A DNA stretch of 64,000 nt, from NCBI GenBank assembly GCA_043814055.1, contig JBDRKL010000004.1, forward strand, positions 64,001 to 128,000. The letters are read 5' to 3'. A program made the translations under genes and the position numbers. Under the pieces are notes generated by a model that was not told the origin of the DNA, searched no databases, and saw nothing but the letters and a program-made list of their open reading frames with translations. Each line of letters starts with the position of its first letter. The first letter of the stretch is position 1. The stretch is from an archaeon. Lineage in GTDB: Archaea; Undinarchaeota; Undinarchaeia; Undinarchaeales; JBDRKL01. Shown piece by piece: positions 18,765-28,384 of this stretch.

Positions 18765-20207
18765 ATGGACCTTACCTTGAAGCAAACCGAAGAGCTAGTA
18801 TGGGAGCTCCCAAAAACTGGCGAAATGCTTGTTCCTGGAAGAATCTACGGCGACGAAGAAATCGTGAAGCACCTTAACAATGACGTGAAAGCCGGAAAGG
18901 ACTGGAACGCTCTGAAGCAGGTTTACAACGTGGCGTGCCTGCCAGGAATTCAAAAAGCGTCGCTCGCGATGCCAGACGTGCACCCAGGATATGGCTTTCC
19001 AATCGGCGGTGTCGGGGCATTTGACACTGAAACCGGGGTAATTTCAGTTGCAGGAGTTGGCTTTGATATCAACTGCGGAGTCCGGACTTTAAAGACACCG
19101 CTCAAAAAGGATGATGTTGAAAAGAAAAAGAAAGAGCTCGCTGAAGTTTTATTCAGGGTAATCCCAGCTGGACTCGGCTCAACCGGCGACATCCGCCTGA
19201 GCATAGACCAGATTGACGAAGTGCTGGTAAATGGTGCTAAGTACTCAGTAGAAAATGGATATGGCTTAAAGGAAGACCTTGAATTCATTGAAGAAAATGG
19301 AAAAATCGCAAATGCAAATCCTGAGAATGTCTCACGAACCGCGAAGCAGAGGCAGTTCAAGCAGATAGGCACGCTCGGCTCTGGGAATCATTATCTTGAA
19401 GTGCAGTATGTTGATGAAATCTTTGACGAGGTGGCTGCAAAAGCATATGGGCTGGAAAAAGGCCAAATCCTGGTTTCAATTCACTGCGGCTCCCGCGCGC
19501 TCGGCCACCAAATCGGAACTGACTACCTCAAAACTTTGGAAGCTGCGTCAAAGAAATACAAAATCCCAATCCGCGAGAAAGAGCTTGTATGCGCCCCGTT
19601 CACGAGCGAAGAGGGCCAGCAGTACTTCACCGCAATGAACTGCGGAATAAACTGCGCGTTTGCGAACCGCCAGGCGCTTGCTCACTTGACGCGGAAGGGT
19701 TTCACAGAAGTATTTGGTCTTGGAGAAAAAGAAGTTGAAACCTTTTACGAAATCGGGCATAATACCTGCAAGCTTGAGGAGCACGACGGCAAAAAGCTCA
19801 TCGTGCACAGGAAAGGCGCAACAAGAGCGTTCGGCCCTGGGCGAAAAGAAGTGCCGAAAAAATACCGAGAAATCGGCCAGCCAGTCCTGGTCGGCGGGAC
19901 AATGGGGACGTGCTCTTACATACTCCACGGGACTCAGAAAGGGATGGACGAGACCTTCGGAAGCGCGTGCCACGGGGCAGGGAGAAATATGAGCCGCCAG
20001 CAGGCCAAGCGCGAGTACTTCGGGGAAACAGTTATAAAAGAGCTCGCCGCAAAGGGCATAATAATCAAGGGTCATTCAAAGTCCGGAGTTTCAGAGGAAG
20101 CGCCAGGTGCCTACAAGGACGTTACTGAAGTGGTTGACGTAATGCATACTTCAGGAATTGCGAAGAAAGTTGTGAAAGTTAAACCTTTAATATCAATAAA
20201 GGGATAG
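18765..20207 (+). CDS. rtcB: RNA-splicing ligase RtcB
   Basis: MPDVHPGYGFPIGG, DINCG, GSGNHYLE, HCGSR, HRKGAT, HGAGR and EEAPGAYK. Confidence 0.97.
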   Translation: MDLTLKQTEELVWELPKTGEMLVPGRIYGDEEIVKHLNNDVKAGKDWNALKQVYNVACLPGIQKASLAMPDVHPGYGFPIGGVGAFDTETGVISVAGVGFDINCGVRTLKTPLKKDDVEKKKKELAEVLFRVIPAGLGSTGDIRLSIDQIDEVLVNGAKYSVENGYGLKEDLEFIEENGKIANANPENVSRTAKQRQFKQIGTLGSGNHYLEVQYVDEIFDEVAAKAYGLEKGQILVSIHCGSRALGHQIGTDYLKTLEAASKKYKIPIREKELVCAPFTSEEGQQYFTAMNCGINCAFANRQALAHLTRKGFTEVFGLGEKEVETFYEIGHNTCKLEEHDGKKLIVHRKGATRAFGPGRKEVPKKYREIGQPVLVGGTMGTCSYILHGTQKGMDETFGSACHGAGRNMSRQQAKREYFGETVIKELAAKGIIIKGHSKSGVSEEAPGAYKDVTEVVDVMHTSGIAKKVVKVKPLISIKG

Positions 20208-20223
20208 GGGGTGAAAAAAAATT

Positions 20224-20322
20224 ATGCAGGACGATGATGAAGATTATCCAAGGGATCTTGAGGATCTAGATGACCTGGAAAACCTGGATGATGTAACCGA
20301 CCCATGCGACGGTTCTATTTAA
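20224..20322 (+). CDS. Putative 32-aa acidic micro-protein
   Basis: MQDDDEDYPRDLEDLDDLENLDDVTDPCDGSI*, preceded by SD-like GGGGGTGA just after the rtcB stop. Confidence 0.5.
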   Translation: MQDDDEDYPRDLEDLDDLENLDDVTDPCDGSI

Positions 20323-20442
20323 TAAAATTCTCTGCGCGGGCAGTTGGCGAAGTTTAATATTCAATTACTTCGGAGTAGCCGGCGCTAACAATAGCTCCAA
20401 AGCAAGATTTATTAATTACTACTGCTCATTCCTACTGAAACC

Positions 20443-21084
20443 ATGATAAAGTCAATAAAAAACTTTATGTTCAGGATGTCCGCGACCCAGATAATCGCAG
20501 GCATCATCCTATTGGCATCCGTCCTCATATTCGTGCTTTTCTCTGCAATATCATCCGCCTCAGGCATTGGCAGCCATCCGATATTTGGGTTTCTCCTGCT
20601 CTGTTTTCTGCTCCTGCTCACGCGGCTTTCAATCCTTGTCAAGGTCGGAATCGGGTTTGTGAACATAATACTCCTCCCTGTAACAATGTATTATGGCCTA
20701 CTACCTGCGTTTGCAATGATACTCCTTACCAGCTACATTTACATAAAAATCGCGACCAGGCCAACCCCGATTGACTTCTTAATCACAAAGGGCGTGCAGG
20801 GCGCAATCGCCCAGTCAATTTACTTCTCAATCTGGGTGCTAACTATCCACTTGATGTTCAAGTTTGTGAGCTTTGAGTACTTCTTCATCCACTTGACTTT
20901 CATGTATATGCTCTGCATTGCAATCTACATAATTTACATGGTGCCAGCTCTTCACATTATCGCGCTTGACCCTCTCCCAATCACGCTGGTCAATGGAATG
21001 ATGATGATGGCGGTTCAGTTCATACTCATAACCCTAACCGGGAGCAGCTTTTTTATGTTTGTTAAGTCGCTTGCCGGAGTCTAG
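20443..21084 (+). CDS. Hypothetical polytopic membrane protein
   Basis: About 6 hydrophobic segments. Confidence 0.65.
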   Translation: MIKSIKNFMFRMSATQIIAGIILLASVLIFVLFSAISSASGIGSHPIFGFLLLCFLLLLTRLSILVKVGIGFVNIILLPVTMYYGLLPAFAMILLTSYIYIKIATRPTPIDFLITKGVQGAIAQSIYFSIWVLTIHLMFKFVSFEYFFIHLTFMYMLCIAIYIIYMVPALHIIALDPLPITLVNGMMMMAVQFILITLTGSSFFMFVKSLAGV

Positions 21085-22559
21085 TTGTAGAACCTGCTCC
21101 ACTTGTGGCTGCCGATTGTCGCGCCTATCCAAACCAGAACTGGCAATATTTCAAGGCGGCCTATCCACATCTGGAAAATGAGGACTATTTTTATCAGCAT
21201 CGGCGCGGTTGCGGAAGTTATTCCAGTGCTCAACCCGACTGTTGCAGCAGCTGAAGTTGTCTCAAACAATGAGTCAATGAAGCTGAAGCCATACGCTGTT
21301 ATTATAAGGGTTCCAACAATGATAAAGAGCATATAAATGAAGAAGTACCACGAGACCTGATTTGCCTCCTCCTCTGAGAACACTTTCTTCCCAACTTTCA
21401 GCGGGAGAACCGAGGTCTTCGGCAGGAGGAACTTGTTTATTATCCAGGGCACTGAGCTGAGGAGCATTAGCAATCTTATGATTTTCAGTCCGCCAGCTGT
21501 TGACCCGGCTGACCCGCCGATGAGCATCAATACTATCATAACGCTCTTCACGAAATCATCTGCCAATGCTATGTCCATCGTCGCGTAGCCAGTGGTTGTG
21601 CTGGCGCTCATAACCTGGAAAGCGCTGTGCCGCAGAGGCTCTGGGTCTCCCTGACCCTGCAGGTACAGGGCAAGTATTCCAGTGAACACTATAAATATGA
21701 CAAGCAGAGCCTGCACTTCTCTGCTCTTCGCAAAGCCCCTAAGTTCCTGCCACTTCCAGCCAAGGAGCTTGTAGTGAAGTATGAACGGTATTGAGCCGAC
21801 AAGCATCAATGCCATTATTGCAATTTCAATCCCAACGCTTGAGTAAGCGCCTATGCTCACGGCCTTGATGGAGAAGCCGCCTGTTGAGACAACTGTGAAC
21901 ACGTGGTTGATAGCGTCGTAAAGCGGCATTCCAAGCAGGTAAAGAATGAGCGCCCCAACCGCAGTGTACAATAAATATATCTTTGCCATGTTGCGCACAG
22001 TGTGGTGCACGCTCGGCTCAAGTCGCTCTTCCCTCGCCTCGCCCCTGAACAGGTAAGAAGCTGACATTCCAGGCCCGACCATAACTGTGAGGAAAAGCAC
22101 AACTACGCCTATACCGCCTATCCATTGCGTCAAACTGCGCCAGAACAACAAGCTTAGCGGCACTGCTTCAATATCTGGCAGAGTGCTTAATCCCGTTGTT
22201 GTAAATCCGGACATTGACTCAAAGTAGCTGTTCACAAATGCATCCGCCCCAAGCCCGCCATAGAGCTGCGGCGAGAGCATGTAGTAAGGCGCAGCTCCAA
22301 CCAGCGCCATTATTGCGAAAGCACTGGCACCAAGAACCATAGCCCGGCCAAGTGTCAAATGCCCTCGCTGGTAACGCTTGAACAGCGTGAATCCAAAACT
22401 AAGTGATATCACGGACGCGATTACATAAGGCAAGAACGGCTCACCGTAGTAGACCGCGAGAATAACCGGGAGCAGAATTAAATTGCCTACAACCAGGAGA
22501 ATTATGCCTAGGTAATGCAGTACTGTTGAAGCGAATTCAGGAGTTATCTTGGCTCTCAT
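21081..22559 (-). CDS. trkH: Trk potassium uptake membrane protein
   Basis: FESMSGFTTTG, STGGFS, GGSAGSTAGG and TVGLS pore motifs. Confidence 0.95.
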   Translation of the reverse strand: MRAKITPEFASTVLHYLGIILLVVGNLILLPVILAVYYGEPFLPYVIASVISLSFGFTLFKRYQRGHLTLGRAMVLGASAFAIMALVGAAPYYMLSPQLYGGLGADAFVNSYFESMSGFTTTGLSTLPDIEAVPLSLLFWRSLTQWIGGIGVVVLFLTVMVGPGMSASYLFRGEAREERLEPSVHHTVRNMAKIYLLYTAVGALILYLLGMPLYDAINHVFTVVSTGGFSIKAVSIGAYSSVGIEIAIMALMLVGSIPFILHYKLLGWKWQELRGFAKSREVQALLVIFIVFTGILALYLQGQGDPEPLRHSAFQVMSASTTTGYATMDIALADDFVKSVMIVLMLIGGSAGSTAGGLKIIRLLMLLSSVPWIINKFLLPKTSVLPLKVGKKVFSEEEANQVSWYFFIYMLFIIVGTLIITAYGFSFIDSLFETTSAAATVGLSTGITSATAPMLIKIVLIFQMWIGRLEILPVLVWIGATIGSHKWSRFYN

Positions 22560-23212
22560 TATTTGACCAGTGACTTTATCACATCAGGCGCCGCCTTGCT
22601 CTTTGCGGTTATCCAGAGCAGGTCGCCGGCGTTAAGTGTTTCATCGCCCTGCACTAGTATGATGTCCTCTTTCCTCTCTATCACGACTATTTTTGAATCC
22701 TTTGGCAGCCCGCACTTGTTCGCAGCCTTGCCCACTGCAGGCGAATTGTCAGTCAGGTAAAGCTCAAGAAGCTCCATCTTCCCGCCTGCCAAAGTCACAG
22801 CGGTCTTCGCGCCCTTTAGCCGGAAAGAGTTCATGAAATCACTGACAATTGAGCTTGTTACTGATATTGCACCATCAACCCCTGCCTGTATGAATAGGGT
22901 TTCATTCGCAGGATTATTTACTCGTGCGGCAATTTTTCCAACCTCGGCTTTCTTCGCGAGGTGGCAAATCATCAAATTCACGTTGTCATCGTTGGTCAGC
23001 GCCGCGATCGCGTCCGCGCGGTCTATGCCCGCGTCCTTCATTATCTTCGCGTTCGTGCCGTCGCCCTTGATTATGAGCGCGTCAAGCTCGTCAGCAAGCT
23101 CTTCTGCTCTCTCGTCGTCCTGCTCAATGATTACAACGTCCTCGTTCTCCGCAACGAGCGTCTTCGCTAGAATCTCTCCTGTTTGCCCGCCGCCTACAAT
23201 TATAACGTACAT
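22559..23212 (-). CDS. trkA: Trk potassium uptake NAD-binding protein
   Basis: IVGGGQTG RCK_N domain plus RCK_C domain. Confidence 0.93.
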   Translation of the reverse strand: MYVIIVGGGQTGEILAKTLVAENEDVVIIEQDDERAEELADELDALIIKGDGTNAKIMKDAGIDRADAIAALTNDDNVNLMICHLAKKAEVGKIAARVNNPANETLFIQAGVDGAISVTSSIVSDFMNSFRLKGAKTAVTLAGGKMELLELYLTDNSPAVGKAANKCGLPKDSKIVVIERKEDIILVQGDETLNAGDLLWITAKSKAAPDVIKSLVK

Positions 23213-23307
23213 ATTTCAGCATAAGGAGCTGGATTATAAAAGCTTTTGGCAGATAGAAAGCTATTTATAAACACATTTCTACATATACAACTCACTTAGT
23301 GATTCTT

Positions 23308-23583
23308 ATGCAGCACTCACGAGGATTCCGCGCAAAGTCAAGATACAAGCTCAGTGGAGGGCGATTTTCAATAGCCGAGGCTTTGCAGGAGTTCAAACCG
23401 GGGGACAGAGTTCGTGTAAACATTAATCCAGCTGTGCACAAGGGTATGCCTCACCCGCGCTTTCAGGCGGCGGACGGGTGCGTTGTGGAGAAGCGCGGCC
23501 GGTCCTTCAGGGTTGAGGTCAATATAGGCAATGCGACGAAGCAAATACTGGTAAAACCAGAGCACCTTAAGCCGCTGAAATAG
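23308..23583 (+). CDS. rpl21e: Ribosomal protein L21e
   Basis: SRGFRAKSR...HKGMPHPRF...PEHL. Confidence 0.95.
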   Translation: MQHSRGFRAKSRYKLSGGRFSIAEALQEFKPGDRVRVNINPAVHKGMPHPRFQAADGCVVEKRGRSFRVEVNIGNATKQILVKPEHLKPLK

Positions 23584-23595
23584 GGGGAGTAAAAA

Positions 23596-23934
23596 ATGGT
23601 AGGAAAAAAAATATTATCTCAGAAAGCAGTGCCTCTTGTTGAGGTCCAGAAAATTGTGGAGACCCGCAAAAAAGAGGGCGAGCTCAGCTATGAACAGAAC
23701 CTCACGCTGGAGTACTGCAAGAAATTCGCAAAGCTTAATCAAAAAGATACTGCGGCAGCTATCAAGGAGCTCATTGATCTTGAAAAAGTAACAGAAACAC
23801 ACGCCGTATCGCTCACTGACCTTATGCCAAATAACGAGGGTGAGGTAAAGCTTATTTTTGCCAAGGAACATTTTATCCTTGCTGAAGATGAAATCAGCAA
23901 GATTCTTGAGGTATTAGGCAAGTACAGGAAGTAA
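23596..23934 (+). CDS. rpo4: RNA polymerase subunit Rpo4 (F)
   Basis: ELSYEQ..LEY..KF...DLMP; conserved rpl21e-rpo4-DUF655-rsmA order. Confidence 0.92.
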   Translation: MVGKKILSQKAVPLVEVQKIVETRKKEGELSYEQNLTLEYCKKFAKLNQKDTAAAIKELIDLEKVTETHAVSLTDLMPNNEGEVKLIFAKEHFILAEDEISKILEVLGKYRK

Positions 23935-23935
23935 G

Positions 23936-24601
23936 ATGCCAACTGACGAGAATGCGATTGTTTTGGACTATTTGGCCGAAGGGCGGGCAGACTCAAGCGT
24001 GCCGGGATACAAGCGCGAAAGGCGAGTAGCGCAGGTGCTTGGAATTGATTACTTCAGCCTGCTTGAGATTTCAATCCGCGAAGATGACAGTGCTGCGCAG
24101 GGCGACCACATTTACATCGGCAAGGGAGTGCGCGACAAGGTTCACCACATAATCAGGCGGCTCAACCACAGCGATTTGACCTCAACTGCAAAGGTTGAGC
24201 TTGAATATGTTCTTGAAAAGCTCGTGAAGACGAACGAGGCAAAGTTCGTGAAATTCTTCAACGAGTGCGGGTCATTGACAATGCGCCTGCACAGGCTTGA
24301 ACTGCTCCCTGGCGTGGGGAAGAAGCACATGTGGGATATCACGAAAGCGCGCAGCGTGAAGAAGTTTGAGAGCTTCGCGGACATAGCGGAGCGCGTGAAA
24401 CTGCTCCCAGGCCCAGAAAAGCTAATAGTCAAGAGAATCATATGGGAGCTAAAGGGCGAGGACGACAAGCTCAAGCCGATAAAGTACAAGATATTTGTGG
24501 GCGCGCAGCTTCTGCCTGGTGAGGCTGAAAAGCCAACTGCCAAAGCTGAGGAAAAGGAAAGTGGAGCTAAACCAGCTGAAAACCCTGCTGAATCAGAATA
24601 A
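23936..24601 (+). CDS. DUF655 putative RNA-binding protein
   Basis: IVLDYL...YIGKG.RDK...RLHRLELLPGVGKK. Confidence 0.9.
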   Translation: MPTDENAIVLDYLAEGRADSSVPGYKRERRVAQVLGIDYFSLLEISIREDDSAAQGDHIYIGKGVRDKVHHIIRRLNHSDLTSTAKVELEYVLEKLVKTNEAKFVKFFNECGSLTMRLHRLELLPGVGKKHMWDITKARSVKKFESFADIAERVKLLPGPEKLIVKRIIWELKGEDDKLKPIKYKIFVGAQLLPGEAEKPTAKAEEKESGAKPAENPAESE

Positions 24602-25349
24602 CCTGAAGCTTTCTTCCAGGTTGGATCAGAACTTTTTATACGATTCTGAAATTCTTAAGCGCGAGGTTGAATACGCTGAGCTTTCAGCAGACGATGTTGT
24701 GCTTGAAATTGGGCCTGGAGTCGGAACTCTCACTGAGGAAATTCTGAAGAAAACAAAAAATGTCACAGTGATTGAAAAGGACGCAAAGTTCAAGCATATT
24801 CTTGAAAAGCTCGGTTGTAAAGTGATAATCGCGGACGCTATGGAAGTTGAATGGCCCATGTGCAGCAAGATTATCTCAAACCTTCCATACTCAATCTCAA
24901 GCCCATTAACTTTTAAAATCCTTGCGCAGGACATTGAACTCGCAGTGCTTTGCTACCAGAAGGAATTCGCGCGGAGAATGTCCGCGCGGCAGGGCGCAAA
25001 GGGCTACTCGCGGCTCAGCGTGAACTGCTACCTCCGCGCGGTTGTTGAGCTCAAGGAAGACATTCCAAAAGAGAAATACTTCCCAATTCCAAAGGTTGAT
25101 TCCACAATTGTTAAATTAATTCCAAAAAGTGGCACAGTGCCGGAGCATTTTGACAGCATTTGCCGCGCGTTATTCCAGCACAAGAACAAGAAAGTACGCA
25201 ACGCGCTGATGGATTCTGCGCACGAGATTGACAGCGACAAGGAAAAAGTCAAGGCCTGGGCTGAAGGGCTTTGGGAAATAAAAGACAGGAAAGTTACACA
25301 GCTCACGCCTGAAGAAGTTGTGGCGCTTGCTGGAAGTTGGACTAGTTAG
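24561..25349 (+). CDS. rsmA: 16S rRNA m6,2A dimethyltransferase
   Basis: QNFL, LEIGPGVG, NLPYSISS and PKVDS; GTG start inferred. Confidence 0.93.
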   Translation: MELNQLKTLLNQNNLKLSSRLDQNFLYDSEILKREVEYAELSADDVVLEIGPGVGTLTEEILKKTKNVTVIEKDAKFKHILEKLGCKVIIADAMEVEWPMCSKIISNLPYSISSPLTFKILAQDIELAVLCYQKEFARRMSARQGAKGYSRLSVNCYLRAVVELKEDIPKEKYFPIPKVDSTIVKLIPKSGTVPEHFDSICRALFQHKNKKVRNALMDSAHEIDSDKEKVKAWAEGLWEIKDRKVTQLTPEEVVALAGSWTS

Positions 25350-25388
25350 TGGAGAAAATATTTAACGAACCCAAACCATACTACAGTT

Positions 25389-25922
25389 ATGGAACTGCCA
25401 AAGCTGAAAGAATGCAGGGGTTGTGATAAGCATTGCTGCAGGGGTGGCGCACTTGTAACTCTGGCGGATGCTGAGCGGGTGCGCTCCGCAGCATGCAAAT
25501 TATTTGGGGAAGAACTACTTCTTAAAGACATAGTCAACTGGGGGTGGTACAGGCCTCAGCTTGAGATAAAGACGCGCAAACAGAGTAAGCTTGTTGAGGA
25601 AAAGGACCGCTATTGCCTCTTCTTCTCCAAAGGCAGGTGCAGAATATACAAGGAAAAGCCGCTTTCGTGCAGCCTTTTTCCTTTCATAGTGAATGAAAGC
25701 GTCAGTGTATCCCTGAGATGTCCTGCACGGAAATCTGCGAAAAAACTGCTCTCTCGCGGAGAATACCGGGCAAACGTGGAGCGCGTTGGGGGTATAATTA
25801 AGGCAGAGTACGCCAAGAGTGTGGGGCTCTTCAGCAGTATGAAGGGCAGGATAACGCTTGAACGGCTTGACAGGCTCAGAGCGAAGGATGAGCTGGCATA
25901 CCTGAAGAGAATTATGGTTTAG
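25389..25922 (+). CDS. YkgJ-like CxxCxxCC cysteine-cluster protein (cargo)
   Basis: CRGCDKHCC...CLFF...CRIYKEKPLSCSLFPF. Confidence 0.8.
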   Translation: MELPKLKECRGCDKHCCRGGALVTLADAERVRSAACKLFGEELLLKDIVNWGWYRPQLEIKTRKQSKLVEEKDRYCLFFSKGRCRIYKEKPLSCSLFPFIVNESVSVSLRCPARKSAKKLLSRGEYRANVERVGGIIKAEYAKSVGLFSSMKGRITLERLDRLRAKDELAYLKRIMV

Positions 25923-25937
25923 GTTTTTTGGCAGTAG

Positions 25938-25997
25938 GACAGGAAAGTCATATCACTGAGCCCTGAGGAAATCATAACGCTTTCTGAGTCATTTTAG
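25938..25997 (+). pseudogene. Displaced second copy of the rsmA 3' end
   Basis: DRKVISLSPEEIITLSESF* vs DRKVTQLTPEEVVALAGSWTS*; GACAGGAAAGT identical at 25284 and 25938. Confidence 0.85.
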
Positions 25998-26050
25998 TTA
26001 TTTCGAAAATTTCCGAAAAGTATATAAATCACTATTTTCTACCTCTGCGC

Positions 26051-26542
26051 ATGGGAGAAAAGGAAGAGCTTGCTAACCTAAAGAAGGATGTAATCAACAT
26101 ATACTCCACAATCCCTGAAATGATGGGGATTAACCGCGCGCTTGGCGTTATATGGGCTACACTAGCTTTTGAGGGTTCATTGACGATGGCAGAGCTCTCG
26201 GAAAAAACCGGCTACTCGCTTTCAACTCTTAGCCCATACCTGAAAACGCTTGATTTAATTGGCCGCATAGAGATCCGCAAGGAGGGCAAAGTAACAAAGT
26301 ACCAGGCTTTGACTTCTATGCGCGAGATTATGGACAAAATGATGGCGTCAATTCAGCTGAAATTCTCAACCTGCATAGCTGCACTGAAACAGGCAGAAGC
26401 GCATCTCAATACAATGAAGAAAACCGAAGATGTTAAAAATACGCTTGAAGTAGTACGAAAGCTAAGAGAGGAGCAGGAAGGATGTTTTGATCATATGATG
26501 AAAAATCTTTCAAAAATGCCAGAGGGATCAATAAATGGCTAA
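26051..26542 (+). CDS. GbsR/MarR-type transcriptional regulator
   Basis: GINRALGVIWATL...LTMAELSEKTGYSLSTLS. Confidence 0.85.
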   Translation: MGEKEELANLKKDVINIYSTIPEMMGINRALGVIWATLAFEGSLTMAELSEKTGYSLSTLSPYLKTLDLIGRIEIRKEGKVTKYQALTSMREIMDKMMASIQLKFSTCIAALKQAEAHLNTMKKTEDVKNTLEVVRKLREEQEGCFDHMMKNLSKMPEGSING

Positions 26543-27230
26543 GGAAAACATGTTTGAAATAAAGGACGTCTGCAAGACCTACATGATGGGTGATGTTGAG
26601 ACCCGCGCAGTATGCAACGTGTCTGTAAATATCACGAAGGGCGATTACACAGCAATAGTCGGCGCCAGCGGCTCAGGCAAGAGCACGCTGATGCACATGA
26701 TTGGCTGCCTTGACACCCCAACCAGCGGAACCATACTCGTGGACGGCATTGACATCTCTGAAATGACCGAGGATGAACTAGCGCTGGTCCGCAGGGACAA
26801 AATCGGCTTTGTCTTCCAGTCATATAATCTTATAACAAGCTTCTCTGCGATAGAAAATGTCGCGCTCCCGCTCAGGTTCGCAGGAACCTCACGAGAAGCG
26901 GCTAACGCAAGGGCAGAAGATCTCCTTGAGAGTGTCGGTCTCGGCCACAGGATGAAGCACAGGCCGAACGAGATGTCCGGCGGGGAGCAGCAACGCGTTG
27001 CAATCGCCCGCGCAATAGTGAACGACCCTGATGTAATTCTCGCGGACGAGCCAACGGGAAACCTTGACTCAACAGTCGGGGCTCAAATTTTTGACCTTCT
27101 AGAGAACCTGAACAAGAAAGAAAAGAAGACATTAATCATAGTCACGCACGACGTGCACTTGGCCGAACGAATAGACAAGCAAATACGCCTAAAGGACGGT
27201 CAAATCATAAACAAGGGGGTTTCTATATGA
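26535..27230 (+). CDS. ABC transporter ATPase (LolD/MacB type)
   Basis: [33 protein letters not shown]. Confidence 0.95.
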   Translation: MAKENMFEIKDVCKTYMMGDVETRAVCNVSVNITKGDYTAIVGASGSGKSTLMHMIGCLDTPTSGTILVDGIDISEMTEDELALVRRDKIGFVFQSYNLITSFSAIENVALPLRFAGTSREAANARAEDLLESVGLGHRMKHRPNEMSGGEQQRVAIARAIVNDPDVILADEPTGNLDSTVGAQIFDLLENLNKKEKKTLIIVTHDVHLAERIDKQIRLKDGQIINKGVSI

Positions 27231-28378
27231 AGAAATTTTTGGTTTTAGCAATTGCATTAATGATGCTGGTGTCGGTAAGCGCTGTTTCAGCAGCCGAGGC
27301 TGACCTTAGGTTGTCCGGAGAAATTCCGGACGGCGCAGTCCAGCCAGGGGACAGTTTTACCCTGCGTTTGGTCTTTGATAACATTGGCACAACCGGAGCC
27401 ACGAGCATTGACTATGAGATAATTGCCGGCTCTGCCATATCTGGGTATTCAACTGGGCACAGTGAAATCGGCGGCGTCCCTGCGGGAGAATCTCGAATAG
27501 TTAAAGTGCCGCTTACAGTTGCAAGCGATGCGAGCACTGGCGCCCACCCGCTAACCGTCAAGGTTAGGTACGGCGGCGGTTCAAACTCGCCGTTACAGGA
27601 AGAGTTCACTGTGCAGGTTGGCAACCGTGCTGACTTATATCTGCAGAACATCTGGCTTGAGCCCGAAGTTTTTGAGCCAGGTTCAGATGTAACACTTTAC
27701 GCAAGCTTCAAGAACGTTGGCGAGGACGCTGCAAGAAAAGTCTCTGCAGTGATTGTGGCGAACTCAACTGACATAAAGCCAGTCCTATCCGGCGGCGAGG
27801 CGTATGTGGACATAATAGGCAAGGGTAGCACAAAGGCGCTTCCTTTCACAATAGCTGCAGAGAGTGGAACCAGCACCGGAATGTACGATGCCACCATAAC
27901 CGTGAACTACGAGGACTCAACAGGAGTATCAGCTAGCGAAGAGTTTGACATAGGAATTCCTGTTTCCGGAACTCCAAGCCTGGAAATCCTAAACACCAAG
28001 ATAGAAACAGGCGAGTACAAGATTGAGGTGCAGAACCTCGGAACTTCAAAGGCAAAAGCAATCAAGGTAACCCTGCGCCAGGACGGCCAGATTGTCGGCG
28101 TTGACATTGAGAACGAGATAAAAGCTGACAAGAAGAGCACTTTCCGCTTTACAGCCTACACTGCGGGTGTTGGTGAAGTGACAATGGAGTACCTTGACGA
28201 AGAGAATCGCGAATACAGCGAGACGATTCCTGTTTCAATCAGCGGCTCTGCAAGCGGAGGCTCAGGTGCCAGTGGTATAATTTTCTTCCTAATTGCTGTT
28301 GTTGAAGGAATATACATCTACAAGCTGAGAAAGAAGCTCAAGAAACAGAATAAGCAGGAAAAACAGCAGAAGAAGTAA
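27227..28378 (+). CDS. COG1361-like S-layer/Ig-domain membrane-anchored protein
   Basis: Signal peptide, repeated PG...N.G Ig-like domains, C-terminal TM helix and basic tail; typical partner of MacB-type ABC systems. Confidence 0.75.
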   Translation: MKKFLVLAIALMMLVSVSAVSAAEADLRLSGEIPDGAVQPGDSFTLRLVFDNIGTTGATSIDYEIIAGSAISGYSTGHSEIGGVPAGESRIVKVPLTVASDASTGAHPLTVKVRYGGGSNSPLQEEFTVQVGNRADLYLQNIWLEPEVFEPGSDVTLYASFKNVGEDAARKVSAVIVANSTDIKPVLSGGEAYVDIIGKGSTKALPFTIAAESGTSTGMYDATITVNYEDSTGVSASEEFDIGIPVSGTPSLEILNTKIETGEYKIEVQNLGTSKAKAIKVTLRQDGQIVGVDIENEIKADKKSTFRFTAYTAGVGEVTMEYLDEENREYSETIPVSISGSASGGSGASGIIFFLIAVVEGIYIYKLRKKLKKQNKQEKQQKK

Positions 28379-28384
28379 AACAAG

